Source: Phaeosaccion multiseriatum | Lineage: Eukaryota; Protista; Ochrophyta, other classes | DNA: 64,000 nucleotides | Assembly (NCBI GenBank): GCA_965112735.1 | Contig: OZ218955.1 | Coordinates: forward strand, 1,240,001-1,304,000 | Direction of reading: 5' to 3' | Part shown: positions 10,985 through 28,250 of the stretch, piece by piece | Layout of the letters: each line of letters starts with the position of its first letter | Position numbering within the stretch: position 1 is the first letter of the stretch | The notes under the pieces: generated by a model | Told to the model about the DNA's origin: nothing | What the model saw: only the letters and a program-made list of their open reading frames with translations | The model's database searches: none | Position numbers and translations under genes: made by a program

Positions 10985-11769
10985 TCAGTGCCCATCTTCC
11001 GCCTCCACCGCAACGATCTGCTTGAGGCCCAAATCGATCTTGTCGATGCGAACAGACACCGCCTGACCCTTGGTGAAGGGCCCCTCCCTACTTCCTCCCC
11101 CTGGCCCACGCCCTGCCCCGGCTGCTGCTGCGGCTGCTGAAGATTGCTTCTCGGCACGGCTCTTGGTGGAAACCTTGATGCGGGTACCGAAGCCGTTCAG
11201 CTTTACCTTTGGGTGGGAAGGGTGGGGAGGGAACGGACAGCACATACGACACACGCCATTTGGGACGGGGTGGACCAGCATCGTGTTACACCAAACGGTT
11301 GGGCCGTGGCTCGCGCTGTTCCTCTCAGTCACTCGGTCACTCACTCACTCGCTCGCTCACTCACTCACTCACTCACTCACTCACTCTCTCACGTGCTCAC
11401 TCCATCACTCACCTACTCACTCACTCAGTCATTCACTCACCCACTCAGTCATTCACTCCCTCCCTCCCTCCCTCCCTCCCTCCCTCCCTCCCTCCCTCCC
11501 TCACCTCCCTTCCCTGGCCTGTGCCGGTGGCCTGAAGGACGGCATAGTCCAGCCCTGTGGCCTTCCTCTGCTTGGCGCAAAAGGCGCTGACTGTCTCCAG
11601 GCTCCACTTGTCTGTCTGCTCCTTCTTGAGCACGGCGTTAGCGTTTTGCTGCTTGGTGAGACGCTCAGTTGCCTCAAGGAGGTGCGCTTTCGTCATGGGG
11701 GTGGAGCCGCGAAGGGCCAGCACAGCCTGCGGGGGATGGTGGTGGTGGTGGTGGTAGTAGTGGTGATGT

Positions 11770-11822
<53 letters not shown>

Positions 11823-14800
11823 CAAGAGTGGTGAGGTAAGAGAGGGAGGGAGGGAGGGAGGGAGGGAGGGCGGGAGGAGAAGGGAAGGAGAGAAAGGGAG
11901 AGCAGCATGCCGAGATGGAACGGAAGGAGAGGGGAGAGAGAACGAGAATGGGGAGCGGGACGTGAGAGGGGTACTCCGCCGTGTTGTGCGTATGTGTGTG
12001 TGCGTATGTGTGTGTGTGTGTGCGTTTGTGTGTATACGTGTGGGTGTGTGCATCCGGGGGGGGAAGGGGTGGACAATGGACCATCACTCCCCGGTACCCA
12101 CCCACCCCAGCCCCCCACGCACCCACGCACCCACCCCTCCTTACCTGTCGCTGTGCGAGTAAGTCGATGTACTTGCGCAGCGGGGCCGTGCCGTACCGCG
12201 CCTGGCCCTTGGCGATGAGCTCGCCCATCCCTCGCAGAGTTGGGAGGGCGATACCCAACTTGCGGCAGTAGCGCCCCAGTTGGGCTGTGTGTTTGTGTGT
12301 GTGTTTGTGTGTGCATGTGGGTGTGTGTGTGTGTGTAGAGGGTCGATTGAGAGGGATGGGGTGGGATGTGGAGTGGGGCACAATACGACAGCGAAGGGGA
12401 AGGCCACCCAAGAGAGAAGGGGTAAGAGAGGGGAGGGGGTCGGTATCAGCAGCAGTTGGTGATACAGCAGCAGTAGCAGCAGCAGCAGCAGTAGCACCAG
12501 CAGCAGCAGCAGCTACATTTGGAAGGCAAGGCAAGACAAGAATCATATATCACTCCCACGCTATCCTAGCCCTCCAAAACGTAAGTAATCTTACATGAGT
12601 ACAGGGCCATCATCTCGTCCACCAGCAGGCCTGCGGGCGAGAGCCTCTCTGCCTTCATCTCGATGAGTCCGGAGGAGGCCTTCCGCGCTGCCATGAAGTC
12701 CCTCTCCTGCCGGTGCCCGCGGCCGTACCTATGTGCGCATGTGTGGGCAGCCAAAGTAGGTATGACACGAAGGTGAGGTGATAGAGAGATGGATACATGA
12801 ATACGTTGCGGTTGGGTGGGTTTCGATAGGGGCGTGCGTACGAAGAGAGGACAGCAGGCAACAGCAGCAGCAGCTTACGCACGCACGCACACACGCACCC
12901 ACGCACGCACCCACGCACCTCTCTGCGGTGACCCTGGCGAGGCTGTAAAGCTCCATTAGATCTGACGCATCGTTGGCCCCGAGGGGTGACAGTGTCTGCT
13001 GCTCCATGTCCAAGCCTGTGGCGGGTGGGAGGGGTGTGGCAAGGCACAGCATCGGGTCGGAAACCAAACCCGAGGGGAGGGGAAGGGAGGGGAGGGGAGG
13101 GGAAGGGAGGGGAGAGGAGAGGAGGGGAGGGGAGGGGAGGGGAGAGGAGGGGAGAGGATAGGATAGGAGAGGACGGTGGAGGCGGATGAGCACAGAACAA
13201 CGGCGACTGCAGACAAATATGCAGGAGGACACGAGTCAAGAGAGGGAGGGAAAGAGAGAAGAGTTTTGTTTCTCCCCGTATGCAGCCCTCCCTCCCTCCC
13301 CTCTCCTCCCTCCCCTCCCTTCCCTCCCCTCCCCTCTCCTCCCCTCCCCTCCCCTCCCTTCCCCTCCCCTCCCTTCCCTCCCTCCCCTCCCCTCCCATCT
13401 CCTCCCCTCCCCTCCCCTCCCCTCCCCTCCCCTCCCCTCCCTTCCCCTCCCCTCCCCTCCCTTCCCCTCCCCTCTCCTCTCCTCCCTCCCCTCCCTCCCC
13501 TCTCCTCCCTCCCCTCCCCTCCCTTCCCCTCCCCTCCCCTCTCCCCCCCCCCCCTCACCTCCCCTCTCTCACCTCCGCTCTGCTTCTGCCTGAGTACACC
13601 ATTCGCCTCCTCCGGTGTGAGCCTCGTGACAGGCCCCAGCACGGTGAGGGCAACCTTGGACTTGAGGACCGCCCCTGTCTCCTTATCGATCTTCAGCAGG
13701 ATGGTCACTGCCTCGTTGCTCGCCTTGCCGTCGTCAGAGAAGGAGAGAGCCTCTGCCGCCGCCGGAGGAAGCATATGGAGAGGGCCCTGGGGTTTTTTTT
13801 TGGGGGGGGGGGGGGGTTGGGTTGTGGAATTTCAGTTTCAGCTCTTAGTTCAAACACACACACCCCTCCTCTCACCTGCGGCATGTAGCGAGACTGTCCC
13901 CTGAGTCTGGCAAGCTCGTCCAAAGGAGAGTCCGGAGTGAGGGACGACGCGACGTCAGTCACGTGCACACCCACCACGCCCACAGCGGCGTTGTACGAGA
14001 AGGCGTCGTCCTGGGTGGGGATGGCAGTGGATGGATGGGAGGGGAGGGGGGGGGGGGGACGGAGGGAGGGTTCTACGTTAGAGAGGTCTGTGCCACTTTC
14101 CTGAGTCAACCCCCCTCCATCGGGGGGGGGGCCTTCCATCTCCCACTCCCTTCCTCCCCCTCTCTGGCTCTCCCTCCCTCTCCCTCTCTGTCTCTCACCC
14201 CCCCCCCTCCACTCCCTCTTTCCTCTCTACTCATCTCACCAGGAAGGCTGTTCCTTTGCTATCAATGCAGTACGTCTTCCAGGCAGCTCCGCGAAAGTCC
14301 AATCGACCGAAGGGCATTGGAGCGCCCACTCTACGAGCACCATCAGCAGTGTCAGCAGTAACAGAAGCAGCAGCAGAAGTCAAAGGAGGAGGAGGAGGAG
14401 GAGGAGGAGGAGGGGGAGGACGAGGAGCAGAAGGACGAGGACGGTTTACGGTATCGGTCAATGACACGAACAGCATGGCGAGAGAAGGTAGTCAATGCCG
14501 CCTGGCTGCTACATGTGTATACGTGTATCAGTATGTGTGGGCTCACTCACCGAGGGGACACGGGCACCCTGCCCAGCTTCTGCATCTTCTTCAACTGGCG
14601 AGACTTCAGGGAAGAGGCCTTTCGGGTGGGTGGGTGTGTGTGTTGGGGGGGGGGTAGCAGGGGGAGAGAAAGAAAGGACAGAGTGACAGAGGCACATGGA
14701 CAGACAGACGGACAGACAGACAGACAGGCAGACAGACAGACAGACAGGCAGACAGACCGACAGACAGACAGACAGACGGACCGACAGACAGAGGTTGAGT

Positions 14801-15271
14801 GAGTTACGTACGGACGAGACCGTAACGTAAAAAGGGGAAGGTGCGGTGCGGCGCCTCTTTGAATCAACGAAAGAAATGCACGCTGGGCTGCCTGCTGGGC
14901 TGCCTGCTGGGCTGCCCCGCCCTCCCTTGTTCAGACAGGTCCACAGCCACTTCATACCCTCCTCCCTCCCTCCCTCCCTCCCTCCCTCACACACACACTC
15001 ACCGCCTTCGCAGCGGCGTCCGAGCACGGAAGAAAGCCTCCTCCTTTCCCCTCTCCTCCCCCTTGGTCTCCCTCCTGCTGCCCCTGCCACAGCCCAGCAG
15101 ACACGAGCACCGCCCTGGCGGCTTGAGGCGATGGCTCTGTCCCAGGGGGCAACAGCATGCCCAAGGTGCGCATGGCCTGAGGGGGCACCTCCTCCACCCG
15201 GCCACCAAGCGCAAACTGTTCCAACCCCTGAAGGATCATGAGCTGGCTGGCGTCCAGAGAAGAGGTCGCAG

Positions 15272-15303
<32 letters not shown>

Positions 15304-18300
15304 CCCCCCTGCTGCGGCTGAATCACCAACTGTTCCTCATCCTGCTGCTCAGCTTGCCCGCCGACGGCCTCTGCTACCAGCTGCTGCAGCTGCTGCTGCT
15401 GTTGCTTCTCCTGCTGCTTCTCTTGCTGCTTCTCTTGCTGCCCTCCACTACCAGCAGCACCAACCGCGGCGACAGAAGCAGCGACCGCAGAAGAAGATGC
15501 TGCTGCTTTCCTCGCGTCAGCGCCTTTTCTTATGAGCTTTGCCAAGCTGTCGGCGTCTCGAGTGGACACCACATCAGCGGGGAGCGGCTTGAAGCCTGAG
15601 TACTCCACTTGCACCTCATTGGGGTCCATGGTCTTGATCCGGGTACCCACTACCCGCTTAAAGTAGCTGGACTCCTATTAGATGGCAGCGGATGGGTAGT
15701 AGAATGAATGGAATGAATGGAATTATCGGAGAGAGGGAGAGAGGGAGAGTTGTGAGGAGGGGTTTGGGGGGGGGGGGGAGAGATCAAGAGAAGGGCGCTG
15801 CAGCAAGGTATAGAAGTACACATACAACACGAAAAAAACTAGTGCTTCACTCCTTGCTTGTGACCCTCCCTGCATCACACCACCCCGTCTCTCTCCGAAG
15901 GCGAAGGCCGGCATGAGAGCTCACTATCCCCTTACTAACCCACTTCTTCCCCTAACAAAAACCCTCCCACAGCATAGAATAGTGTAGATAGGGCCTCAAT
16001 GCTCCTCCTGCTCCACCCACTCACTACCCAGACTACCCCCACTTACTCATCCACCCTCTCACTACCCAGACTACCCACTACCCACTACCCACTACCCCAA
16101 CTTACTCACCGCTCCAAGGGCCATACCGCCGGCAACTCTCTGCGCTAGAGAGGGCTCCATAACACCGTTAGCGCCCGCGGAGGGGGGGAAGAGCGCCGCC
16201 TTGCCTCTCTCCTGCGCCTCGCCTTTGGTCTCGTACATCCTCCGAGCCCCGGTGCGGCGAGACGACCGTTCCACACCTACAGGAGGAGGGGAAGGAGGGA
16301 GGGAGAGGAGGGGAGGGAGGGAGGGAGGGAGAGGAGGGGAAGGAGGGAGGGAGAGGAGGGGAAGGAGAAAGGGAGGGAGAGGAGGGGAAGAAGGAAAGGA
16401 GAGGAGGGGAAGGAGGGAGAGGAGGGGAAGGAGGGGAAGGAGGGAGGGAGATGAGGGGAAAGAGGCGTGAGGGGAGGAGAGCTGAAGGCGCTGTATGTGT
16501 GTGTGTGTATGTGTGTGTGTGATTACAACAGAGAGAAAAAGAAGGGGGGGGGGAGGGCGGGGTACGGGAGAAGGGAAGACTGGAGGCTGGAGAAGCTTGA
16601 CCTCTCTCATGCCCCACCTATTCCTCCTCCTCCTCCTCTTCCTCCTCTTCCTTCTCCTCCTCCTCCTCCTCCTCCTCCTCCTCCTCCCTCCTCCACCACC
16701 ACCTCCTCCTCTTCCTCCCTCCACCTCCCCCCGTCACCCCCCCACCCCCTGTACTCCTCCACGCCTCTCACCGAAGAGGTAGCTGCAGGCAGCCACAGTG
16801 TGCACCTTTGTTTTCTTGGTGCTTGCGGCTGCGGCGGCCTTCCACAGCCCCTCCATGCTCAGCATCGTTGCCGAGCTTTGCTGCAGGAGGTGTTGAGCCT
16901 CGTCCATCGCTTCAGCCCAGGTGGAGGCCTATGGGTATGGGTGGGTGGGTATGGGTGGAAGGGATGAGCAGGGGCAGGGGAGGGGGGTTGGTGAAGGCAT
17001 ATGGATATTGGAACACACTCGTGACCCCCTCTGCCCTGACACTCCTCTCCCCTCTGTCCTGACACTTCTCGCCCTTCTATCTTGACACTCCTCACCCCTC
17101 TGTCCTGACACTCCTCACCCCTCTGTCCTGACACTCCTCACCCCTCTGTCCTGACACTCCTCTCCCCTCTGTCCTGACACTCCTCACCCCTCTGTCCTGA
17201 CACTCCTCACCCCTCTGTCCTGACACTCCTCACCCCTCTGTCCTGACACTCCTCACCCCTCTGTCCTGACACTCCTCACCCCTCTGTCCTGACACTCCTC
17301 ACCCCTCTGTCCTGACACTCCTCACCCCTCTGTCCTGACACTCCTCACCCCTCTGTCCTGACACTCCTCTCCCCTCTGTCCTGACACTCCTCACCCCTCT
17401 GTCCTGACACCCCTCACCCCTTTGTCCTGACACTCCTCACCCCTCTGTCCTGACACTCCTCACCCCTCTGTCCTGACACCCCTCACCCCTCTGTCCTGAC
17501 ACTCCTTACCTGTGTGTCCTCAGCTGCTAAGCCACCGACATGCACGTCCCAGAAATCGTCCCACACGCTCACGAGCTGGCCCTGAGGGGGGGAGGGAGGA
17601 GGGAGGAGGGAGGGTGGGAGGAGGGAGGAGAGCGGAGGGATTGGCATTGGTATTCCCGAGAGAGAGAGAGAGGGGGGGGGGGGAGAGAGCAGTGGAAGAA
17701 ACGTCTTGGCCTCTTTATCCTTATCTACTCTATTGCTCTTAGAACCTCAAAGTACAAAGTAAGTATGTTCACTTGGCGCGGCTCATATAGTGTACACATC
17801 AATCTACATCGCCCCCCCAAGAGGGAGGACTGCAGAGCTTTCAGCGACGATTTCTATAATCACTGCCAACGCACAACACTACGCTCTTCTACTCCAAACC
17901 ACACTCTCTTACTCTGGTACGTAGACTCTGCACACAACACGTCACGAACACTCTCTTCGATCTCTCCTCCCGAAGTACGTCCCTCAAGTTAAGACACTCT
18001 CTAAGCCATTCACTCACCGCGTCAATGCTGACGGCCTCCATGCCGGGTGCAAGGGCCACTCGGAAGGATTGCTTGCCTGGCACCGGCTCCTTGTACTGTC
18101 CGAAGCGGAGGGCGCCTTGGTGCCACAACTCCACAGGAACGCCCACCCGGAGAGTGGTGCGGACAGCCCCCCCCTGCGCTGATACGACGGATCTTTCTGC
18201 CGGCGCTGCGTTTGAGGACGCAAGCGAGGTAGTCGACTGTCTGCGAGGCCTCGAGGAGAAACGGGGAAGCGAGGGGGCAGCAGCACCCAGGCTCAGCTTC

Positions 18301-18644
18301 GACGAAGCGGCGCCCGACGACGAAAGTCGGGCCGAAGGCTGCGATCGTCCGGATAAGCACCACGCGGAAGGAGGGACCAGTGCGACGCAGCCGTGGGAGG
18401 AATGACCACGCTTTACTCCACCCTCCTTCTGCTGCTGGTGCGACGCTCCCTCCTGCGGGGCGCCTCCTCCTGTCAGGGCCGTCCCCGAGGGCAGGAGCAG
18501 CAAAAGTGTGCTCAAAGCAGCTCTTGTAGCTCGGTATCTACGCGCCTCAGCGTGTCCTTCGGCTCGCGGTCGGCGCAGGCGAAGACGCTGGTCCCTCTTC
18601 TCGGCCGTCCTCTCCTTCGCCTTGCCCCTCTCCAGCGCTCCCAT
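10985..18644 (-). CDS. RNB-domain 3'-5' exoribonuclease (RNase II/R family), possibly organelle-targeted
   Basis: About 14 exons. Catalytic region TYCIDSKGTAFL|DDAFS..VGVHVTDV..SPLDELARLRGQSRYMP (14240/14011 junction), EALSFS, LLVDEMMALY, HPHLGL-like segment, YGTAPLRKYIDLLAQRQ (TSPIRRYxD motif, ~12145-12195) and a C-terminal S1-like GQAVSVRIDKID. Stop at 10985-10987. Start codon uncertain. Confidence 0.85.
17015..17509. repeat. 23-bp minisatellite (~21 copies) at the 5' end of an RNase II intron
   Basis: Unit tgtcctgacactcctcacccctc. The array abuts the GTAAG donor at 17509. Confidence 0.95.
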
Positions 18645-19412
18645 CCTCCTTCCCTGAGCAAAGCCGGTATCCAGGGCTACGCCTGCGAGCAGGCTGAGTT
18701 TATTACCTGTACGTGTCTCACTCTGTGTCCAGAGACTCTATCTTTCTCGGTGGTTGTGTACTTAAAGCGCCTTGCGGTTCTCGGGCACGCAGCAGCAGTT
18801 TCAGTTCCAGTGCGGGGATCCTTGAATCTGAAAACTTCCTTCCTTCGCATTTCTTTCCACCTCACCTAGTGTGTGACTGAGCAATATGGAGTCTCTCCGA
18901 TCGATATTTAAGGCCAAGCTGCGCTCCGTCAAGGACTCCGATGCGGGTGAGGAAGGAGCTCAAGAGAGAGCACATTTCTTTCAAATTTCTGGTGTTCCGA
19001 TGTTTGTTGTGTCTTAGATTTTGGTCCTTGCAATACTCCACATGTAGGACAATCATATAGAAGATGTCCATGGGAGCTACTCCCCTTCCTCTTCTTCTGC
19101 TTCTGCTGCTCCTGGTGCCCCCGGGATTAGTTGCTCCTGCTTTCTCTTCTCTCTCGATCTCTGCTTGTTCTCATGCTTCTCTCACTTCAAAACAAAAACT
19201 CTTTCTTCTTTGTTCTTTTTACTACCCACTGCTGCTGGTGACTACTCGCTTCGCGGTCGCTGTCCCCGATTGCCCGTGGAGTTGTCCCAACATTTCTTTT
19301 CACGGACGCCAATTGCTCTCTCCCTCCCCCCGACCCTCTCCCCACTCTCCACACTCCCTCCCCTGCCGCCCCCTCCCTCTGACGCTCCACTGTAGAGCCT
19401 ACTCCCGCGGCC

Positions 19413-23125
<3,713 letters not shown>

Positions 23126-24011
23126 GCGAAGCATGTCCAACGAAGCTAAAGACAGCTTGGCTCTTTGTAAGCACAAGACACAGGGGACAAGACGGAGGGA
23201 GGGGAGAAGGAGGGGGCGGCGAGGGCTGCTATGGGAGGCTGCAGTAGCTTGGCCTCCAGCTGCTGCTGGAAGGACGACGTCAGGATAAGGACGTAGGTGG
23301 TTTCTGTGCGTATTGGAGTGAGTGAGAATCACACCACTCTCCTTGAGGTTTGGTTTATTTGTTTCAAGAGGAAACATGCCACAAAAATGCACGTAACATT
23401 AGTTAGTGGATTGACCTCACGAAGATCATGAGGTCTGCAACTTGAGTGAAGTTGCCGTAGTTGGGCGCCCCCCCCCCCTCCCCCCCCCCAATCAATCCTC
23501 TGCCTCAGAAGGACATTTGTCGGTACAGACAGAGGAATGTGTGTGCGTGCGCTTCGAGCGCCCTGCACGTCATAAGGTTACGTAAGGATTGGCCGTATCG
23601 CTAATGTGTTGATTGAGAAACGACACCATCGTTTCTCGAAGTGCTCTGTTTGACACGGCAGGTGGTCCTCCCATCGGAGGAGATAGCACGCACACACATT
23701 TGAGCTCTTGCCGGTGCTGCTGGAGGGGAGGGGGCAGTCGAATAACTCGAAGTTCAGCTCAATATTTGGCCCCTCAGAGTTACGTTGCGTGTGTGTGTTT
23801 CATACATGGTTATTGACTTCCTGGCTGATAGTTACCTTACAAACGACCTTACCAGTGCCCCCCCCTCTAATTCATCCCCCCCCCCCTATACCTGTCTTCT
23901 ACTTAGCCCGAGGACGTGTGACTAACCCACCCTTGTTCCCCTCTCTAAAGGGCCTAAAGACAGGCCCGTCTGTCTGCCCACCTGTCTACCCGTCCATCTC
24001 CTTCCATCCCT

Positions 24012-26188
24012 TCACTTCTTCTGATCCTTCTTCTTGACAATAATCGTGGCCCCCGGCGAGGAAGCGGAGAGAGGCCCGGGGTTATGAAGTGTGCGATCGG
24101 CGGCTCCGAACCACGATCCCACCCCTCCCACACCCGTAAAGATGCTGGCGGCGGACGAAGAAATCGCGCCACGCCCCCCCCCCCCGCTGCTGCCCCTCCT
24201 TGTGGCGATTCCCGGACTGCCCCCGACAATCCTGCCGCTGCTGGTGCTGGTGCTGCTGCTGCTGATGCTGTTGCTTCTGGGCGGTGCGCCAGAACCACCC
24301 CCACCAATCACACCACCAATCACACCACCAATCACACCACCGCCACCACCACCGCCGCCATCCAAGGCATTGAGTCGCTGCCTCACTTTGTCGGCCTCGA
24401 CCCGAGACAGACACAAAATCTCGGCAATCACGGGCAGGAGACGCCGCTGCTCGCTCACGTCCGAAGTGACCATCCAGCGGCACACGCAGTTCTTGAGGTA
24501 CTCGCTGTTCACAGCCGCCTCCTGCACCTCGGCGCCCTCCTTGCCGGCGCCGGTCAAGGTGGCGTTGCGCTTGACATTCTGTTTGACTCTGTCCAGCTCG
24601 ACCCGGAGCCCTGCCTCGATGCTTCTCTGCTTGGCCAGTGCGTCTTCGAGACCCCCCATCTGCTTGACCAAACGAGTCATGCTTGCCTTGTCTTGCCGCA
24701 CTCGGCGCTGCAGCTGTGACACCAAAAACAGACCCTGTTGAGCGCCCCCGGCCCCTGACACTGACCCCGACCCTGACCCCGTTGACCCTGCTCGATCTCG
24801 GGCAGAAGCCGTTGCCGAGGCCCAACGCATAAGCTTTTGACCGAGGATGGCACCCTCGTCCACACCTCCTGCCCCTCCTCCAGCACCCAGTTGTAGAGAG
24901 GAACCCTCGAGTTGACTCAGATTGAAGCCATCTCCTCCCGCGTAGTCGCCGGGCCCGAAGCTATCCGCCGAGCTCGAGGCAAAGCTCCCCTTCTTCCGCA
25001 ACCCTTGCAATACCGCCAACCCTCCTTCTTGATAACTGTCTCGATCCTCCTCTTCTCCCTCGGACCCCCACTTCCCACCCCCTCCAGCAGCCTGGGCTTC
25101 CAGCCTCTCGAACTGCTCATCTAGATTCAGAGCCGCCGCCACAGCAGCCGCAAGTTCCTCCGATGGCCCCCCTCCCGGCGCACCCACTTCCACACCCACC
25201 GCTCCGCCTTGGGATGAGAAGGACGACGTCGAAGGATGCTTTCTCTCGGGCTGTCTCGCGTCGTCCTGTTGGTCGTCCTCTTGCTGCTGTGCCCCCCCCT
25301 CGGCCACCTCCGCTTCTCGCTCCAGCTCGGGTGATAAACCTTCCTCCCCTACCTCACCACTGCCGCTACCGCTGCGGCTCCTGCGGATGCTGCTGCTGCT
25401 GCTGCTGCTGCTAGCCCTTCGCCTGCTGCTTCCCCCTTGCTGCAGTCCATCCACCGGCTGTGCTGGCTGCTGCGCAGTCTGTAGCCGACTTCTCTCAGCA
25501 GCGTCTACCCTCTCCTTCTCCCTCTCCTTCTCGAGTGCTGCAATCTTCTTCAGCCCCCTCTGCATCTCTTGCTTGGCACTGCGATGAGCTCCCTCCAATC
25601 GAAGCACATTGGCTCGCAGCTCCCTCGCCTCCTCCTTCACACCCTCCACAGCAGCCTCACTCGCTTCCCTTCGCTCCACCGCCGCATCCAGCTCCGGTCT
25701 GAGGCGAGCCAACTCCTCCTCCGCCTTGCTCGCCCTCTCCAAAGCCTCGGCTCGGAGTCCCCCTGCCTCTTCCCACCGGGGTCTCTCCCTCTCTACCTCT
25801 GCCCCAAGCTCTGCCACCTTGTCTTGCAAGGCCTTGTTCTTGTCCACAAGCTCGGCCGATATCTCATTGGCCCTCTTCAGGGCTGCTTGGGCGCGCCTCT
25901 GAGTGATTGAGTGAGTGAATGCGTGGGTCAATGAGTAAGTCAGTAACTGAGTGAATGTGGGTGGTGAGTGAGTGAGTGGGTGGGTGAATGAGTGCGTGGG
26001 TGAGTGGGTGAGTGAGTGAGTGGGTGAGTGAGTGAGGGGTGAGTGGGTGAATGAGAGAGTGAGTGACGGAGTGAGTGAGTGATTGGGTGGGTAAATAAGT
26101 GTGTGATTCAGTGGAGGGGTGAGTGAGTGAATGAGGGAGCGAGTCATTGAGTGAGCGAGTGCGTGAGTGAGTGAATGCCTTCCTTCCT

Positions 26189-26223
<35 letters not shown>

Positions 26224-28218
26224 GCACCTGGTACTGCTTTGTGTCGTTGGCCTTGGCGTCCCGAGCGGCGGCTCCTTCTTGCTCCTCCAGGCGCTGAGCC
26301 ATGCTACGCAGTTGGTCCTCCAACGAGTCCACCTGTGTGTTGTGAGTTTGTTTTACAACGAAGGAAAACACAGATGGTATCAGATCGCCAACCACCACAC
26401 CCACAACGGTGATCCTTCCACCCTTTCCACTCCCCACGTCGCCCAGCCGCCACAAGCCAAGCCAAACCAAGCCAAGTCACCCTCCAAGCAGACACGTCGC
26501 CTCTTAACGTGCGCTTCAGTCACTTCCTCACTCACCTGCTTCTGAAGGAAGTCTCTCTCGTGGCTGAGGGCCGCGGTGAGTACAGTAGCCTCATCGCTGC
26601 TCTCCTGCATGAGCGCTTCCAACTCCGCCACTCTCTCCAAGTCCTTGGCTCTGGCCGTTGCGCCGCTCTTGTCCCTGTCCCTCGCCAAGGCTAGCTCTCC
26701 CTCCACAGACTTGAAGTTGGCCTGTAGCGAAGCATACTTGGTCTCGCTGGCACTCTGCGCCGCCTGGGCCGCTGCCAAGGTCGCTTGACTGGCCTCCAAT
26801 TCTGACGCTAGCCCTTCCATTTTGGCGTCCTTCTCCGTAATCACGCGATCGAACCCCGCCACCTGCGTCTCAAGATCTTTTGACATGTCTACCATCTCCT
26901 TCCGTCGCCCCTTGTGCAGCTCTGCCTCTCGTCGCTGCTTCTCGAGCCCCGCCTTACAGTCGTCTCTCTCCTTCTCCACCTCCTTCAGCCGGGCCTCCAT
27001 CTTGGCCTTTTCCGCAGCATGCAGCTGCCTCAGCAACCCGATATCCCCCACCGCACTCGCCTGCCGAGCACTGGCCTGGGACGCCTCCTCGTCCCTGGCT
27101 GCCCTCTCCAGCGTCAGCGCCTCTCGCACCGTCGCAAGCTCCTTCTTTGTATTATCCGCCTCCATCCGCACCTTGCCCACTTCCTCTTCCCGAGCCTTCA
27201 GCCGCTGCACGCTGTGCTCGTAGGCCTCCCGTGCGTCATCAAAGGCGATGTTCCTCGCCTCGAGCTCACTCGTTCTGTCCTTGACCAGCTGTTTCAGGCC
27301 TGCCGCCTCCTCCCTCGCATCCACAAGCGCTTGCACCACTTCGTCCTGTTCCCGACGGGCGGTGGCTAAAGCAGCCGCGGCCTGGCTCTCTGCGGCATCG
27401 ACAGCGGCCGCTGCTCTGCTCTCGGCCATCCTCACCGCCTCCTGTATCTGTGCCGCCACGGCCTTATCACCCGCCCCTGACGGCAAGGCAGCGATATCAC
27501 ACCCTTGCTTGCTGTTGCTGCTGCTGCTGTCGTTGCCCAGCTGCTGCTCCAGCAAACGCAAGTGAGCTCCTAATCGCTGCAAGGCGCCTGCTCCCGTCTC
27601 ACTTGCGGCGCCGTCATCGCCTCGCAGCCCCAACGACTGCAAAAGGTCATTCACTTGGGCATCCAGAGGACGCTGGATCCCGACCTCCTTCTCATCCCCC
27701 CCCTTCTCATTATCCTCCTTCTCCTCAACCTCCACAACCTCCTCTTTCTCTCTCTCCTCAGCCTCCTCCTTCGCTGTCTCCTTCTCTTGATCCTCCTCCT
27801 GCTCCTCCTCGCCCGCCTCCTCCTCTACAACCTCTTGCTGTTGCTGCTCCTCCTGCTCCACCTCATACGGGTCTTGCTCTTGTGCTTCTTCCCTCCCCCC
27901 CTCTCCATCCCCCCCTCCCTCTCCTTCCTTCTCCTCCTCTACAGCCTTCGTGAGCACGGCCTCCCCATCCACTACCATCCCTCCTCCGGCAATGCCCTCG
28001 TCCACAGAAGACAGACCATCCGGAGTACCCAGCTCAACTCCAGCACCAATACCACCACCAGCACCCACCGTTTCTTCTTCTGCTCGCGCTCGGCCCACTA
28101 TACCAGTGCCCCCGTGCCCTGCGATCCAGCTCTCTCCGACGGCGATGGGAAAGTCCAAGGCGGCATCATCTGCGCTGCTGCTCTTCTGTCCCTCCCCATG
28201 CCTCTGCTGCTGCCCCTG

Positions 28219-28250
<32 letters not shown>

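Noticed and set aside
19064-19200. Leu-rich signal-peptide-like ORF start upstream of EndoU
   Set aside because: I could not link it in frame to the EndoU exons with a convincing donor, and CT-rich DNA readily yields Leu runs.
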